64,000 bases of DNA from Balneolales bacterium (GTDB taxonomy: Bacteria > Bacteroidota > Rhodothermia > Balneolales > Natronogracilivirgulaceae): contig JBBDMV010000108.1 in the NCBI GenBank assembly GCA_040878115.1, forward strand, positions 3,118-67,117. Reading direction: 5' to 3'. Within the stretch, counting starts at the first letter, position 1. Each line of letters begins with the position of its first letter. The notes beneath the pieces were generated by a model. It made no database searches. It had not been told where the DNA came from and saw nothing but the letters and a program-made list of their open reading frames with translations. A program made the translations under genes and the position numbers. Below are positions 46,673-57,020 of this stretch, in pieces.

Positions 46673-47755
46673 ATGGTTTATGCGCTTATTATGGCGGGGG
46701 GGATCGGCTCCCGCTTCTGGCCTAAAAGCAGAAAGGCTAAGCCCAAGCAGTTTTTAAATTTAATAGGGGATAAGACCATGCTGCAAAATACAGCAAATCG
46801 TATTTTGCCTCTCATCCCCGTTGAGCGCACCTTGGTCATAACCAATGCTAGTTATACTGACCTGGTAAAAGAGCAAATCCCAGACATCCCGGATGAGAAT
46901 GTAATTGGTGAACCTGTAGCCAGGAATACCGCTCCGTGTATAGCCTTTGCCGCTGCCTGGCTCCTGAATAAAGACCCCGATGCTACATTAGTTGTACTAC
47001 CATCGGACCATTATATTCATGATGAAAAAACTTATTTGAAGGTCCTTTCGGCTGCTATTCAAAAAGCGGAGAAGGATGGAAGCCTGGTAACGATAGGCAT
47101 CACGCCCAACAGGCCGGAAACCGGATACGGCTATATTCAGGTAAACGATAAAGAGTTTGAATCCAACGATAACGTTCCTGTGCACCTGGTGAAAACATTT
47201 GCTGAGAAACCGGATATCAATACAGCTGTAAAGTTTTTGGATTCTGGTGATTTTCTATGGAACAGCGGCATGTTTATTTGGAAAGCCCGAACCATCTTTG
47301 ATGCATTCGAGTACCATCTGCCTGAGGTCTATCAGGAAGCCGAGAAGGTGAGGCGGGAATTGACGACGGATAACCAGAGTAAAGCCATAGATGAATTTTA
47401 TCACAGCTGCATGTCCATTTCTATTGATTACGGAATAATGGAAAAGGCAGAAGCCGTATATGTAGTACCCGGTGATTTTGGATGGAATGATGTGGGGAGC
47501 TGGATGGCTATTTACGAGCTTGATGAAAAAGATGAGAGCGGCAATGTTATTCAGGCTGAAAATTATACCATGGTTGATTCGGATAATTGCTATGTATCAA
47601 CACTTAATGATAGATTGGTGGCCATGGTTGGGGTCCAGGGTATCGCCCTGATTGAAACAGAAGATGCCTTATTGCTGTGCCGCCTTGACGCCGCTCAGGA
47701 CGTTAAGAAAATATACGAACAACTGGATGCACCTGATTTAAATAAGTTTAAATAG
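46673..47755 (+). CDS. mannose-1-phosphate guanylyltransferase (no fused isomerase domain)
   Basis: ALIMAGGIGSRFWPKSR N-terminus, VLPSDH, GYGYI, WNSGMF, WNDVGSW motifs. Confidence 0.9.
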   Translation: MVYALIMAGGIGSRFWPKSRKAKPKQFLNLIGDKTMLQNTANRILPLIPVERTLVITNASYTDLVKEQIPDIPDENVIGEPVARNTAPCIAFAAAWLLNKDPDATLVVLPSDHYIHDEKTYLKVLSAAIQKAEKDGSLVTIGITPNRPETGYGYIQVNDKEFESNDNVPVHLVKTFAEKPDINTAVKFLDSGDFLWNSGMFIWKARTIFDAFEYHLPEVYQEAEKVRRELTTDNQSKAIDEFYHSCMSISIDYGIMEKAEAVYVVPGDFGWNDVGSWMAIYELDEKDESGNVIQAENYTMVDSDNCYVSTLNDRLVAMVGVQGIALIETEDALLLCRLDAAQDVKKIYEQLDAPDLNKFK

Positions 47756-47862
47756 GGCAGGTATAAGCTAGAATGTTCATTTGGCCTGTAACTATCCTTA
47801 GTTTACATCGGGTATGATTATTTTTCAATAAAGACCATGAAATTAGTAAGCCGAACCCGGTA

Positions 47863-50800
47863 ATGTTTGATAAAGCCATTATGCACAGACAGTCTGTCGT
47901 TCTAATATCTACCTTTGTACTTTTTATTTGTTCTCAACCATCGAAGGGACAAAATCAACCGGACCGCTGGCAACAATCTATTGAGTATGATATGGATGTT
48001 GCACTGGATGTTGATGAGCATACCATTAGCGGTACGCAAAATGTAGTTTACACCAATAATTCACCGGATACGCTGTATAATGTATATTACCACTTGTATT
48101 TCAATGCATTTCAGCCAAACAGCTTAATGGATGTTCGGTCCAGGACTATTGTTGATCCTGACGGGCGTGTCCAGGACCGGATCTATCACCTTGATGAAGA
48201 TGAGATGGGTTATCAAGACGTAATCTCCCTCAGCCATAATGATCGTGAAGTCAATTACCGTGTTGAACAAACGGTGTTGGTTGTAGAGCTTGATGAGCCT
48301 ATTCTTCCACAGAGTCAGACTGAGTTCGACCTGGAGTTTGAAGGCCAGGTCCCGAAACAGGTCCGCAGAAGCGGAAGGGATAACAGTGAAGGGATCGCTT
48401 ATTCGATGGCCCAGTGGTACCCCAAAATGGCTGAATACGATTACGAAGGTTGGCACACTCACCCATACGTGGCCCGCGAGTTTCACGGGGTTTTTGGTGA
48501 TTTCGATGTTAAAATTACTTTAGATTCATCTTATACCGTTGGCGGGACCGGTTACCTGCAAAACCCTGATGAAGTAGGCCATGGCTATGAGGAGCCTGGG
48601 ATAGAAGTCGCCCGTCCGGATGGTAATAAGCTAACCTGGCATTTTCGCGCTCCTAATGTCATTGATTTTGCGTGGGGTGCCGACGATCAGTTTACTCATG
48701 AAATTTATCAGAGAGAAAGTGGGCCTCGTGTTCATTTGCTATACGTAGAAAGGCCGGAAACCCAAAGCTGGGAATATTTGGGTGAGTATACTCTGGATGC
48801 GATGGAATACCTCAGCGAAAATTTCGGAGAATATCCTTACGAGCAATTTTCGGTCATTCAGGGAGGTGATGGCGGCATGGAATATCCGATGGCTACGCTC
48901 ATTACAGGTCATCGTTCCCTTTATAGCCTGACGTCTGTTACGGTACACGAACTAGCGCATATGTGGTACCAAACTACACTGGCCAACAACGAGAGCCTTT
49001 ATTCCTGGATGGATGAAGGGTTTGCCACTTATGTTTCTAATTATACGATGCAGCATCTTTTTGGCATTGAAGGGGATCCTCAGCGTAACAGCTATCTGCA
49101 TTATTTAAGTATTGTCGACGCTGGTCTTGAAGAGCCAATGTTACGGCAGTCTGATCATTTTACCACTAATTTTGCATACAGTGTAGCTTCTTATTCCAAA
49201 GGTTCAATGTTCTTGCATCAGCTGGGCTATGTGGTTGGCGAGGAAGCATTGCAGCGATCGCTGAAACGATATTATGACGAATGGAAATTTCGTCACCCCA
49301 ATCCGACAGATTTTAAACGGGTTGTTGAAAAGGAAAGTGATCTGGTCCTGGACTGGTATTTTGATTATGCCCTGGGCACGACCCGTACTATTGACTATGC
49401 CATTGATGATATTGATCAGGGCAGTGACAGCCTTACGGTAAAGCTCGAGCGAAAGGATGAGCATATCATGCCGGTTGACCTGGAAGTGGAATTTGAAAAC
49501 GGGGAAAGCGTGATGGTCTACATCCCGCTCGGCCTCATGCTTGGTGAAAAAGAATTGGAAGGTCCCGATCAGGAAAGGATTTCCTATGATGCCTGGCCCT
49601 GGACTCATCCGTTTTATGAAGTGACCATACCTAATAATGGTCAGCGCGCTGTACGGGTTGAAATAGATCCATCGATGAGGATGGCTGATCACAACAGGCT
49701 CAATAATGTACGTCCTTTCCCTCTTGAAGATGAATTTATGCAGCCGGCACAACCGAATTGGGAACATTACGGATATAGTTATCGTCCGGCATTGTGGTAT
49801 GGTGAGAATGCCGGGGCCCGGATAGGCATGAGCTCATATGGCTCTTACTTATTTGATAACCATGTGGTGGAAGCCTCATTATTTTTGACAACAGGGAGTT
49901 TCGATGATTACTCCGTCCGAAATTTGGACGTGGATTATAACTTCCGTTACCGTAAAAAGCTTGATCAATTTGGTTTGGAGAGCTATTTGGAAGCAGGGGC
50001 CCGGCGTTATTACGGTGTTTTTGAAGAACGGGTTGATTTTATCAAACAATTAGGCGAATTCGGAATACTGGAAGATACTTTCCGGGAAGTTCGCTTATCG
50101 GCTTTCCATCAGTCAAAAACAGCAGACCGTTTTTCTGATGCCATGCAAAGCATGTGGGAGCGGGGTAATGTGTGGGGATTAGGATTAACCTACACCCACG
50201 GAGATCCTTACCGCAATGGGTTTAAAGTGAACCTTACAGGGGCGAGTTCGGGCGATTATTCCTCTGCCGCACGAAGTTCTTTTGAGGCTAATCGCACTTA
50301 TTTATCAGGTGATACTTTTTCATCGCGCTTCGGTCTGTCATTTGGATTGGGATCCCAGTCGATGCCTGCACAATACCGCTGGGCTGCTTCACGCCCGACT
50401 ACCGAACAGCTATGGAATAACGAAACTCACTGGAGTACAGCCAATATTGACAGTGATCTTACGCAAGGTATTCATCTTATCGCCAACAATGGGAATGGCC
50501 TACTCGGCTACGGACTCAGTGGCATTGGTTCACCCGACGAACTCGGAAATAACTTTTTCAGTATGACTATCTGGAATACCTGGCAGCCCTTTGATGGGAA
50601 CAGTAGTCTTGGGCTGTTATCATTTGAACTTTTTTCGGGACTGGGCAAAAGCTGGTCAGGCGGGTTTGTGGATGATTTCCCTGTTTTTGATGAAGCCCGT
50701 CAAAATAATATAATGGCAAGTATGGGCACAGGTTTCACGTATGATATTTCCTCATGGGGTGCCTTCAATCGTTGGCGCTCGCAAAGTAAGTTCCTGCAAA

Positions 50801-50901
50801 ACGTCGAAATAAGCGTTCGAATGCCATTTTATCTCCATGACTTGCAAGGTGAAGATGACTTCGGAGCACGCTTTGTGATAGGGATTAGTGAACGGTTTTA
50901 A
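47863..50901 (+). CDS. secreted M1-family zinc metallopeptidase with about 390-aa C-terminal beta-barrel-like extension
   Basis: Signal peptide. Gluzincin site VHELAHMWY plus WMDEGFATY. After about residue 625 the sequence turns into amphipathic beta-strand-like segments and ends in ...FVIGISERF, with a terminal Phe. Confidence 0.85.
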   Translation: MFDKAIMHRQSVVLISTFVLFICSQPSKGQNQPDRWQQSIEYDMDVALDVDEHTISGTQNVVYTNNSPDTLYNVYYHLYFNAFQPNSLMDVRSRTIVDPDGRVQDRIYHLDEDEMGYQDVISLSHNDREVNYRVEQTVLVVELDEPILPQSQTEFDLEFEGQVPKQVRRSGRDNSEGIAYSMAQWYPKMAEYDYEGWHTHPYVAREFHGVFGDFDVKITLDSSYTVGGTGYLQNPDEVGHGYEEPGIEVARPDGNKLTWHFRAPNVIDFAWGADDQFTHEIYQRESGPRVHLLYVERPETQSWEYLGEYTLDAMEYLSENFGEYPYEQFSVIQGGDGGMEYPMATLITGHRSLYSLTSVTVHELAHMWYQTTLANNESLYSWMDEGFATYVSNYTMQHLFGIEGDPQRNSYLHYLSIVDAGLEEPMLRQSDHFTTNFAYSVASYSKGSMFLHQLGYVVGEEALQRSLKRYYDEWKFRHPNPTDFKRVVEKESDLVLDWYFDYALGTTRTIDYAIDDIDQGSDSLTVKLERKDEHIMPVDLEVEFENGESVMVYIPLGLMLGEKELEGPDQERISYDAWPWTHPFYEVTIPNNGQRAVRVEIDPSMRMADHNRLNNVRPFPLEDEFMQPAQPNWEHYGYSYRPALWYGENAGARIGMSSYGSYLFDNHVVEASLFLTTGSFDDYSVRNLDVDYNFRYRKKLDQFGLESYLEAGARRYYGVFEERVDFIKQLGEFGILEDTFREVRLSAFHQSKTADRFSDAMQSMWERGNVWGLGLTYTHGDPYRNGFKVNLTGASSGDYSSAARSSFEANRTYLSGDTFSSRFGLSFGLGSQSMPAQYRWAASRPTTEQLWNNETHWSTANIDSDLTQGIHLIANNGNGLLGYGLSGIGSPDELGNNFFSMTIWNTWQPFDGNSSLGLLSFELFSGLGKSWSGGFVDDFPVFDEARQNNIMASMGTGFTYDISSWGAFNRWRSQSKFLQNVEISVRMPFYLHDLQGEDDFGARFVIGISERF

Positions 50902-51044
50902 ACTTTAATGAATTTAAAAATCTACTTGTAAAGCTTTAAGAGGAACCCTTGCAACCAATAGTGAACAGCGGAGCAGGCTTGATATCACTTTAGGCTTATG
51001 GATTGCCGGATCCGGGAAATAGCCGTTCGACTTTAAATAAAAAA

Positions 51045-51084
51045 ATAAGCACCCAAACCAAAATATTTAGAGCGCTTATTTTTC
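51045..51084. terminator. possible bidirectional terminator between the M1 peptidase and OmpA genes
   Basis: aataagc (51044-51050) pairs with gcttatt (51074-51080). It is flanked by an A-run upstream and a T-run downstream. The loop is long, so this is weak. Confidence 0.35.
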
Positions 51085-51100
51085 TTATACTGTAATACGG

Positions 51101-51652
51101 TTAGGGAGCACGATAAGGTTCAATTACCTCAGTTTCGGCACGTCGATTTTCAAGACAACCATGTCCATTTGAATCCTCGGAAGCACAAGGAACGGGAGCT
51201 TTACCCAGACCTCTGCTGTCTATTCTGTCTTCTTCAATACCATTTTGGGTATAAAAGCTAACCACAGAATGGGCACGGCGCTGACTCAGACGTAAGTTGT
51301 ACTGATCACCACCTAAATGATCTGTGAAGGCTTCAATACTTACCCGATAATCAGAAGGAAGATCAAGCAATTTTTCGAGATTGTCAGCCAGGGTCCTAGC
51401 TGCCTTATCATTTACGTCTGATAGGTCAAACCCAAAATTAATAGTGCTAAGCTCGGGAACCTGTACGAACTCGGGCTCTGGTTCAGGCTCTGGCTCAGGT
51501 TCCGGCTCTGGTTCGGGCTCTTCTACTACTACAACTTCTTCCGGTTCCGGCTCTTCTTCGACAATCTGTTCCGTACTAGAGCAACCTGTATGTATTAAGG
51601 TTATGCTAGCAAAGAGAACAAGTAAAGTCAGCAAATGTTTGTGACAGTTCAT
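51101..51652 (-). CDS. OmpA-family lipoprotein with (Glu-Pro)n linker
   Basis: Lipobox LIHTGCSS after the ATG at 51652 (the track start at 51727 is unlikely). EPEPEPEPEPEPEPEPE linker. OmpA_C block GGDQYNLRLSQRRAHSV. Confidence 0.88.
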   Translation of the reverse strand: MNCHKHLLTLLVLFASITLIHTGCSSTEQIVEEEPEPEEVVVVEEPEPEPEPEPEPEPEPEFVQVPELSTINFGFDLSDVNDKAARTLADNLEKLLDLPSDYRVSIEAFTDHLGGDQYNLRLSQRRAHSVVSFYTQNGIEEDRIDSRGLGKAPVPCASEDSNGHGCLENRRAETEVIEPYRAP

Positions 51653-52168
51653 ATAATTACCTTTGATTTTAAAATTATGTTTCGTTAATAATACATATCT
51701 GGCCTTAAAGTAAAAAACTATTGCCATTTATTAAAAGAATATTATAATGTTTTATATGGATTGCAAATTTGATAGAATACCTGAGAATACTTGAATAAAA
51801 GTGGCAAAGTTTTAATGGCATACAAATCGTGAGGCCATCCTTTTCGGTGCAGCCGATAAATTGGGTTCTCAATTATTTAAATCATATAGTCATCTTGGCT
51901 TTCCCGTGGTTAAAAGCCCCACAAAGTCCTTATTTTTTAGATATTACTGTAAAAGTATAACGCGCCAATAATTAAGCTATCCATTAAAAAAGTCAAAATT
52001 ATATTTGTTGTAGCGCATGGGAATCATTAGCATCATTTGTTCTTGTTGAATTCATGCTGAGAAGTTAATAAGTCAGTATATTTAATAATCACGTTCCACG
52101 TTTGATATACTACTTGCAGATTTTGACTGAAGTAAAAATCAAACTAATCTTATACAGTACTCTTTTTT

Positions 52169-53164
52169 ATGAATTGGGCTAATCCCGAATGGTTTTGGGT
52201 TTTATTGATATTACCGTTGATTGGTGGCAGTCAGCTATGGTATTACGCAAAGAAAAGATATGCTAACCTTACGTTTTCGGATGTCCACAGCATGAAGGGG
52301 CTTCCCGGTAACTGGCGTTCTCATGGTTTCTGGGCGGCTTCACTGATGCAGCTTTTTGCTGTCATGTTTATCATCCTGGCCCTTGCCCGGCCACAGCAGG
52401 AAAACGTGACCGTTGAACGTACGGTTGAAGGGATTGATATCATGCTTGTTCTGGATATATCCTCATCCATGTTGGCCGAAGATCTTAAGCCGAACCGGCT
52501 TGATGCTGTAAAAGAGATAGCCCAGGAATTTGTAGAAGCCCGTGATTCCGACCGAATGGGGGCGGTGGTTTTTGCCCGTGAAGCCGTCACCATTTCCCCG
52601 CTTACACTTGATCATGTAATGCTAAAAAGTATGCTGGATAAGGTTGACCTTGGAATTGTTAGAGACGGAACGGCCATTGGGATGGGGTTTGCCACTGCGG
52701 TGAACCGGATCAAAGATAGCGATGCGGAAAGCCGGGTAATTATTTTACTTACCGACGGTGAGAATAACGCGGGGGAAATCGATCCCGTAACTGCCGGGGA
52801 ACTAGCTAAGGCACATGGAGTCAGAGTGTATACTATCGGGGCCAGTTCCACTGAAGAGACGGCTCCTTACCCCATAGATGATCCCATATTTGGCCGGCGA
52901 TATCATAATATCAAAGTGGATATTGATGAAGAGATGATGGCCCAAATCGCCGAAAGTACCGGCGGTAGTTATTTTAGGGCAACTGATAATGAGTCCCTGC
53001 GTCAGATTTATGATGAAATTGATCAACTTGAAAGAAGCGAAGTGGAAGAATTAAGGTATACGGATAACAAAGATATATATCCACGATTCCTTTTTTCTGG
53101 TATTTTCCTGATTGTTCTTTCTTTATTAAGTGACAAGCTAATTTTTCGCAACTATTTGTCTTGA
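52169..53164 (+). CDS. VWA-domain protein, BatA-type (aerotolerance-operon family)
   Basis: N-terminal MNWANPEWFWVLLILPL and TM helices. The VWA MIDAS motif is DIMLVLDISSSM and there is a C-terminal TM helix. Confidence 0.85.
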   Translation: MNWANPEWFWVLLILPLIGGSQLWYYAKKRYANLTFSDVHSMKGLPGNWRSHGFWAASLMQLFAVMFIILALARPQQENVTVERTVEGIDIMLVLDISSSMLAEDLKPNRLDAVKEIAQEFVEARDSDRMGAVVFAREAVTISPLTLDHVMLKSMLDKVDLGIVRDGTAIGMGFATAVNRIKDSDAESRVIILLTDGENNAGEIDPVTAGELAKAHGVRVYTIGASSTEETAPYPIDDPIFGRRYHNIKVDIDEEMMAQIAESTGGSYFRATDNESLRQIYDEIDQLERSEVEELRYTDNKDIYPRFLFSGIFLIVLSLLSDKLIFRNYLS

Positions 53165-53366
53165 TTAACTTTATACTGCAATCTTATCAAGCTTTCTGAT
53201 AACTATTTGAAGTAATTAAGATAATTTATAATGTAATATTTGTATTGTAAACTTAACTTTGAACCTAAAAGAGTATGGGTTTGTTTTACATACTTCTGCA
53301 ATCATTCTTTTTATAAAATGTATGGTTAATGTAAATTATCTTAAAAATAAAAGAGAGGCTTGAGGC

Positions 53367-53609
53367 ATGGTTGATCCTGCAACACTTTTATGGTTCATTT
53401 TGCTGGGCTTGGCAATAGGTATTATCTATTCGTGGGCAACGAAAGATCAATACATTAGCCGCTTCGGTAGCATCTCAACGGCAATTCTTGCATCCATTTG
53501 CGGAGGAGCGCTTTTCCAGGCATTTGAACTGGGTGCTCCCATTGGCATGGCTATGATTGCCGCTTTACTTGTTTTGCTTACCGTGCATCTTTTTGCAGCT
53601 TTCTTTTAA
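53367..53609 (+). CDS. small three-TM membrane protein (possibly GlsB/YeaQ/YmgE-like)
   Basis: 80 aa, hydrophobic and G/A-rich helices. Similarity to the transglycosylase-associated family is only suggestive. Confidence 0.45.
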   Translation: MVDPATLLWFILLGLAIGIIYSWATKDQYISRFGSISTAILASICGGALFQAFELGAPIGMAMIAALLVLLTVHLFAAFF

Positions 53610-53619
53610 TGACTGCTCT

Positions 53620-56073
53620 TCAGGATGATAGATTCGAAAGGGCGTTTTCGATATCTACACCCTTACTTAAAACATCTTTAAATAAATCACCCGTTTTCTC
53701 CAGCCTTTTTGGAACGGTGTTAATAGTGAACATAGAAGGATGAATACCCTCTTCCAGTTCCTCCCATGCTACCGGTGTGGAAACGGTGGCACCTGGCTTC
53801 GGACGAACACTATATGTGGCAGCCAGTGTCTGGCCTGTTTTGTTTTGTAGGTAGTCGAGATAAATCTTCTTTTTTCGTTTTCGGGGGCTTCTTTCCATAC
53901 TGGTTAAATCCGGAATGCGTTCATGGGTAAGCTGTGCAATAAGATGAGCAAAGTTCCTTGCCTGTGCATCATCATAACGAGCTCCGAGAGGGACATAAAC
54001 ATGAAGCCCGGTTGACCCGGAAGTTTTACAAAAACCCCTGATACCGGCATCATCCAAAACATCTTTCACAGTAAGGGCCACTTTTATAATTTGGTCAAAT
54101 GGATTTTCGTCAGGATCGATATCAATCACGAAGTAATCGGGCTGTTCAAGTGATTGCACCCTGGAATTCCATGGGTGCAGCTCAATACAGCCCAAATTGG
54201 TCATAAAAATAAGGGTCGCTTCATTTTGGCAGAGGAGATAGTTGATCTCCTTTTTAGCTGAACCCGAATAAATAGGAATTGTTTCGGCCCATTCAGGCGA
54301 AAGATCTCGCATATCCTTTTGAAAAAAGCCTTTTCCCTTAATCCCTTCAGGATGACGATGTAATGACTCCGGCCGGTCTTTCAAGTAGGGAAGGATGAAG
54401 TCTGCAATTTCACGGTAGTAAGAAATCAAATCCCCTTTTGTGTATTTCTCATCTGGCCAGTAAAGCTTTTTCAGATTGGTAAGTGACAGGGGAATATCAT
54501 TAATCTCTATTCTTCTATTTTGATTATTCGTTTCATTTTTATCAGGCGATTCGTCAATCGCATGGTCTTTCTCTTCGCGAACGACCTCAAGGGCATCTTT
54601 GTCAGGCCGTAATCCCAAAAACTTGGGGTGCCTCATCTGTCCTTCTTTCGTCCATTCCGTATAAGATACTTCGCAAACGAGTTCTGGCTCTATCCAGGTT
54701 ACTTGCGAATTGGTTTTAACAGGCCCTTTAAAAGGAGATTTATCCTGTCTCAGCGGTTTTAGTTTCTCCAAAATTTCACTGAGGCTTTTAGTGCTGATTC
54801 CACCCCCACTGTGACCAATAAAATGAAGATCTCCATTTTGATAGACTCCGAGAACCAGGGACCCAAAATGCTTCCTCGATCCTTTTGGCTCGGTGAAACC
54901 CCCAATAACAGCATCCTGTCGATTTTCCGCTTTAATTTTAAGCCAATCCCCGCTTCTTTGGCCAGGCAAATATTCTGACTTCGCATGTTTTGCCATCATT
55001 CCTTCGATCTCTTTTTTTCGAAGCATCTCAAAGAAGGCTTTTCCCTGTTCAACGATATGATCGCTATACAAAATTTTAAATGAATCTGGCAGGATTTCTT
55101 TAAGCAGTTTTTTTCTTTTTATTAGCGGTACATTGAACAGGTTTCGGCCTTCCAGATGAAGGAGATCAAATACGTAGTAGCACAGGTTTTCTTGATGCTT
55201 TTCTTCGTAATGTTGAAGTGCCTGAAAGTTTGCGTGACCCTCTTCATCCAATACAACAATTTCACCATCCAAGACGGCATTATATTTGATTTTCTTCAAT
55301 TCGTTTGTAATGGATTTATATTTACTACTGAACTTTAAACCATTCCTCGAAAATAATTCTAAATGATCATTTCCTATTTCAGCTATGGTACGGTAACCAT
55401 CCCATTTTATCTCAAAGATCCAGTCTGGATGGTCAAATGGTTCCTTCTTAACTTTGGCTAACATAGGTTGAAGACGATGTGGCAGGCTTTTCTTTTCTTC
55501 GCCATCATCAGGAACCAGTTCACCTAATTTATCCTCAATTTTCTTTGGCGGGTATTCTTCACTATCATAAGGTCCTGGAACAGCAAATTCATCTTTCCTT
55601 TTTATAAGCAGCCATGAATTGTCATTGTTTTTAATCTGTACGAGGTCGAATCCGCCTTTGAGTTTTTCTCCACTTAGCTGAATTTTCAAATTCTCCTCAT
55701 TAAGAGCTCCTAGTATTTCATTTTCATTATTCCGGCCATTGGATGTATACGTTCCTGAATCCCAAATCTCCACTATACCGGCACCGTAACTTCCCTTTGG
55801 TATTACTCCGGCAAAATTAATGTATTCATAAGGATGGTCCTCTACCATAATGGCTAGCCTTTTGTCTTCCGGATTCATAGAAGGCCCTTTAGGGACAGCC
55901 CAGCTTTTCAAAACGCCTTTAACTTCAAGGCGAAGGTCATAGTGCAAACGGGAAGCATTATGCCTTTGAACCACAAATCTAAGATCTTCTGATTCCTTGC
56001 TGTTTGTCAAAACCACCTCAGGCTCAGGTGAGTTATGAAAATCTCTTTTCCTTTTATACTGGTCAAGCGACAT
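53620..56073 (-). CDS. ligD: ATP-dependent DNA ligase LigD, three-domain (phosphoesterase-ligase-polymerase)
   Basis: PE domain RFVVQRHNASRLHYDLRLE...WAVPKGPS. Ligase motif I is EIKWDGYR. The C-terminal primase-polymerase domain carries LTNLKKLYWPDEKYTKGDLISYY and CKTSGSTGLHVYVPL. Confidence 0.93.
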   Translation of the reverse strand: MSLDQYKRKRDFHNSPEPEVVLTNSKESEDLRFVVQRHNASRLHYDLRLEVKGVLKSWAVPKGPSMNPEDKRLAIMVEDHPYEYINFAGVIPKGSYGAGIVEIWDSGTYTSNGRNNENEILGALNEENLKIQLSGEKLKGGFDLVQIKNNDNSWLLIKRKDEFAVPGPYDSEEYPPKKIEDKLGELVPDDGEEKKSLPHRLQPMLAKVKKEPFDHPDWIFEIKWDGYRTIAEIGNDHLELFSRNGLKFSSKYKSITNELKKIKYNAVLDGEIVVLDEEGHANFQALQHYEEKHQENLCYYVFDLLHLEGRNLFNVPLIKRKKLLKEILPDSFKILYSDHIVEQGKAFFEMLRKKEIEGMMAKHAKSEYLPGQRSGDWLKIKAENRQDAVIGGFTEPKGSRKHFGSLVLGVYQNGDLHFIGHSGGGISTKSLSEILEKLKPLRQDKSPFKGPVKTNSQVTWIEPELVCEVSYTEWTKEGQMRHPKFLGLRPDKDALEVVREEKDHAIDESPDKNETNNQNRRIEINDIPLSLTNLKKLYWPDEKYTKGDLISYYREIADFILPYLKDRPESLHRHPEGIKGKGFFQKDMRDLSPEWAETIPIYSGSAKKEINYLLCQNEATLIFMTNLGCIELHPWNSRVQSLEQPDYFVIDIDPDENPFDQIIKVALTVKDVLDDAGIRGFCKTSGSTGLHVYVPLGARYDDAQARNFAHLIAQLTHERIPDLTSMERSPRKRKKKIYLDYLQNKTGQTLAATYSVRPKPGATVSTPVAWEELEEGIHPSMFTINTVPKRLEKTGDLFKDVLSKGVDIENALSNLSS

Positions 56074-56097
56074 GAATAGTGATAAAATTTGATAAAC

Positions 56098-56874
56098 CTA
56101 AGAAGCTTTTTTCTTCTTTTCTTCAAGACTGGCTTTAAGCTGGGCCATAAGATCTTTAGATTTTGTTGGCGCCGTTTCTTTTTTAGGTAATTCAGGCTCT
56201 CTTCCCTCCATTTTTTCCTGAATCAGTTTTTGAAGCTCTTCTGTGTAAGTGTCTTTGTAAGCCATAACGTCGAATTCTGTAGAGTATTGATCTATTAGCT
56301 GAATGGCCATATCCAGTTGTTTATTTTCAATGTCTATATCCATAGGCAAGTTCAATTCGTCAATATCACGTAATTCACTTTGGAATCGGATTTTATTTAA
56401 GACAATAGCTTCTTTCATAGGCCGCAGGATGGCCAGGTTTTCTTTTTGACGCAGTACAAATGTGGCCACACCAACTTTTCCTGTTTTTTTTAGTGCTTCC
56501 CGAAGCAAGGCGTAGGGCTTTCTTCCGGCTTCGGCTGGTTCCAGGTAGTAAGGTTTGTCGAAATAAACGCTATCTATTTCTTTCTCTTCAACGAATTCAT
56601 CTATCTCAATCGATTTGCTTTTTTTTACATTAGCCTTCTCAAAATCTTCGTTAGTCAGCACTACATACTCATCATTCAATTTATACCCTTTAACGATATC
56701 TGACCATTTAACCTCTTTACCTGTATTTTCGTTAATCCGCTGATATTTGATCTTTGAGAGGTCTTCCTTATCAAGCATATCAAGGTCAATCCGTTTCTGT
56801 TCAGTTGCGCTGTATAGCTTTACCGGTATGCTTACCAAGCCAAACCCTATGGTTCCATTCCAAATGGATCTCAT
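56098..56874 (-). CDS. ku: Ku protein (non-homologous end joining)
   Basis: MRSIWNGTIGFGLVSIPVKLYSAT N-terminus and a Lys-rich C-terminal tail. 24 nt upstream of ligD on the same strand. Confidence 0.93.
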   Translation of the reverse strand: MRSIWNGTIGFGLVSIPVKLYSATEQKRIDLDMLDKEDLSKIKYQRINENTGKEVKWSDIVKGYKLNDEYVVLTNEDFEKANVKKSKSIEIDEFVEEKEIDSVYFDKPYYLEPAEAGRKPYALLREALKKTGKVGVATFVLRQKENLAILRPMKEAIVLNKIRFQSELRDIDELNLPMDIDIENKQLDMAIQLIDQYSTEFDVMAYKDTYTEELQKLIQEKMEGREPELPKKETAPTKSKDLMAQLKASLEEKKKKAS

Positions 56875-57020
56875 CTTATTTCTCTTTTGATGATCAGTTA
56901 AAAAGCCGGAAAAAGGTCCATTTTTTTGGCTTTCACGTGAACGAGAAACGGTTAAGCATTTGATATCGTTTTATAGATTAAATACTTAAGCTTATTCTAA
57001 CTCTTGCCGCTATTAGATGA

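Noticed and set aside
836-49767. Numerous 60-190-aa ORFs antisense to or overlapping long genes (e.g. 836-1267, 4940-5368, 8737-9219, 35535-35930, 37277-37738, 49204-49767)
   Set aside because: These are shadow ORFs inside well-supported genes, with odd composition and no motifs.
51470-51530. Tandem GAGCCN repeats
   Set aside because: This is the coding (Glu-Pro)n linker of the OmpA-family lipoprotein, not a noncoding tandem repeat or CRISPR.
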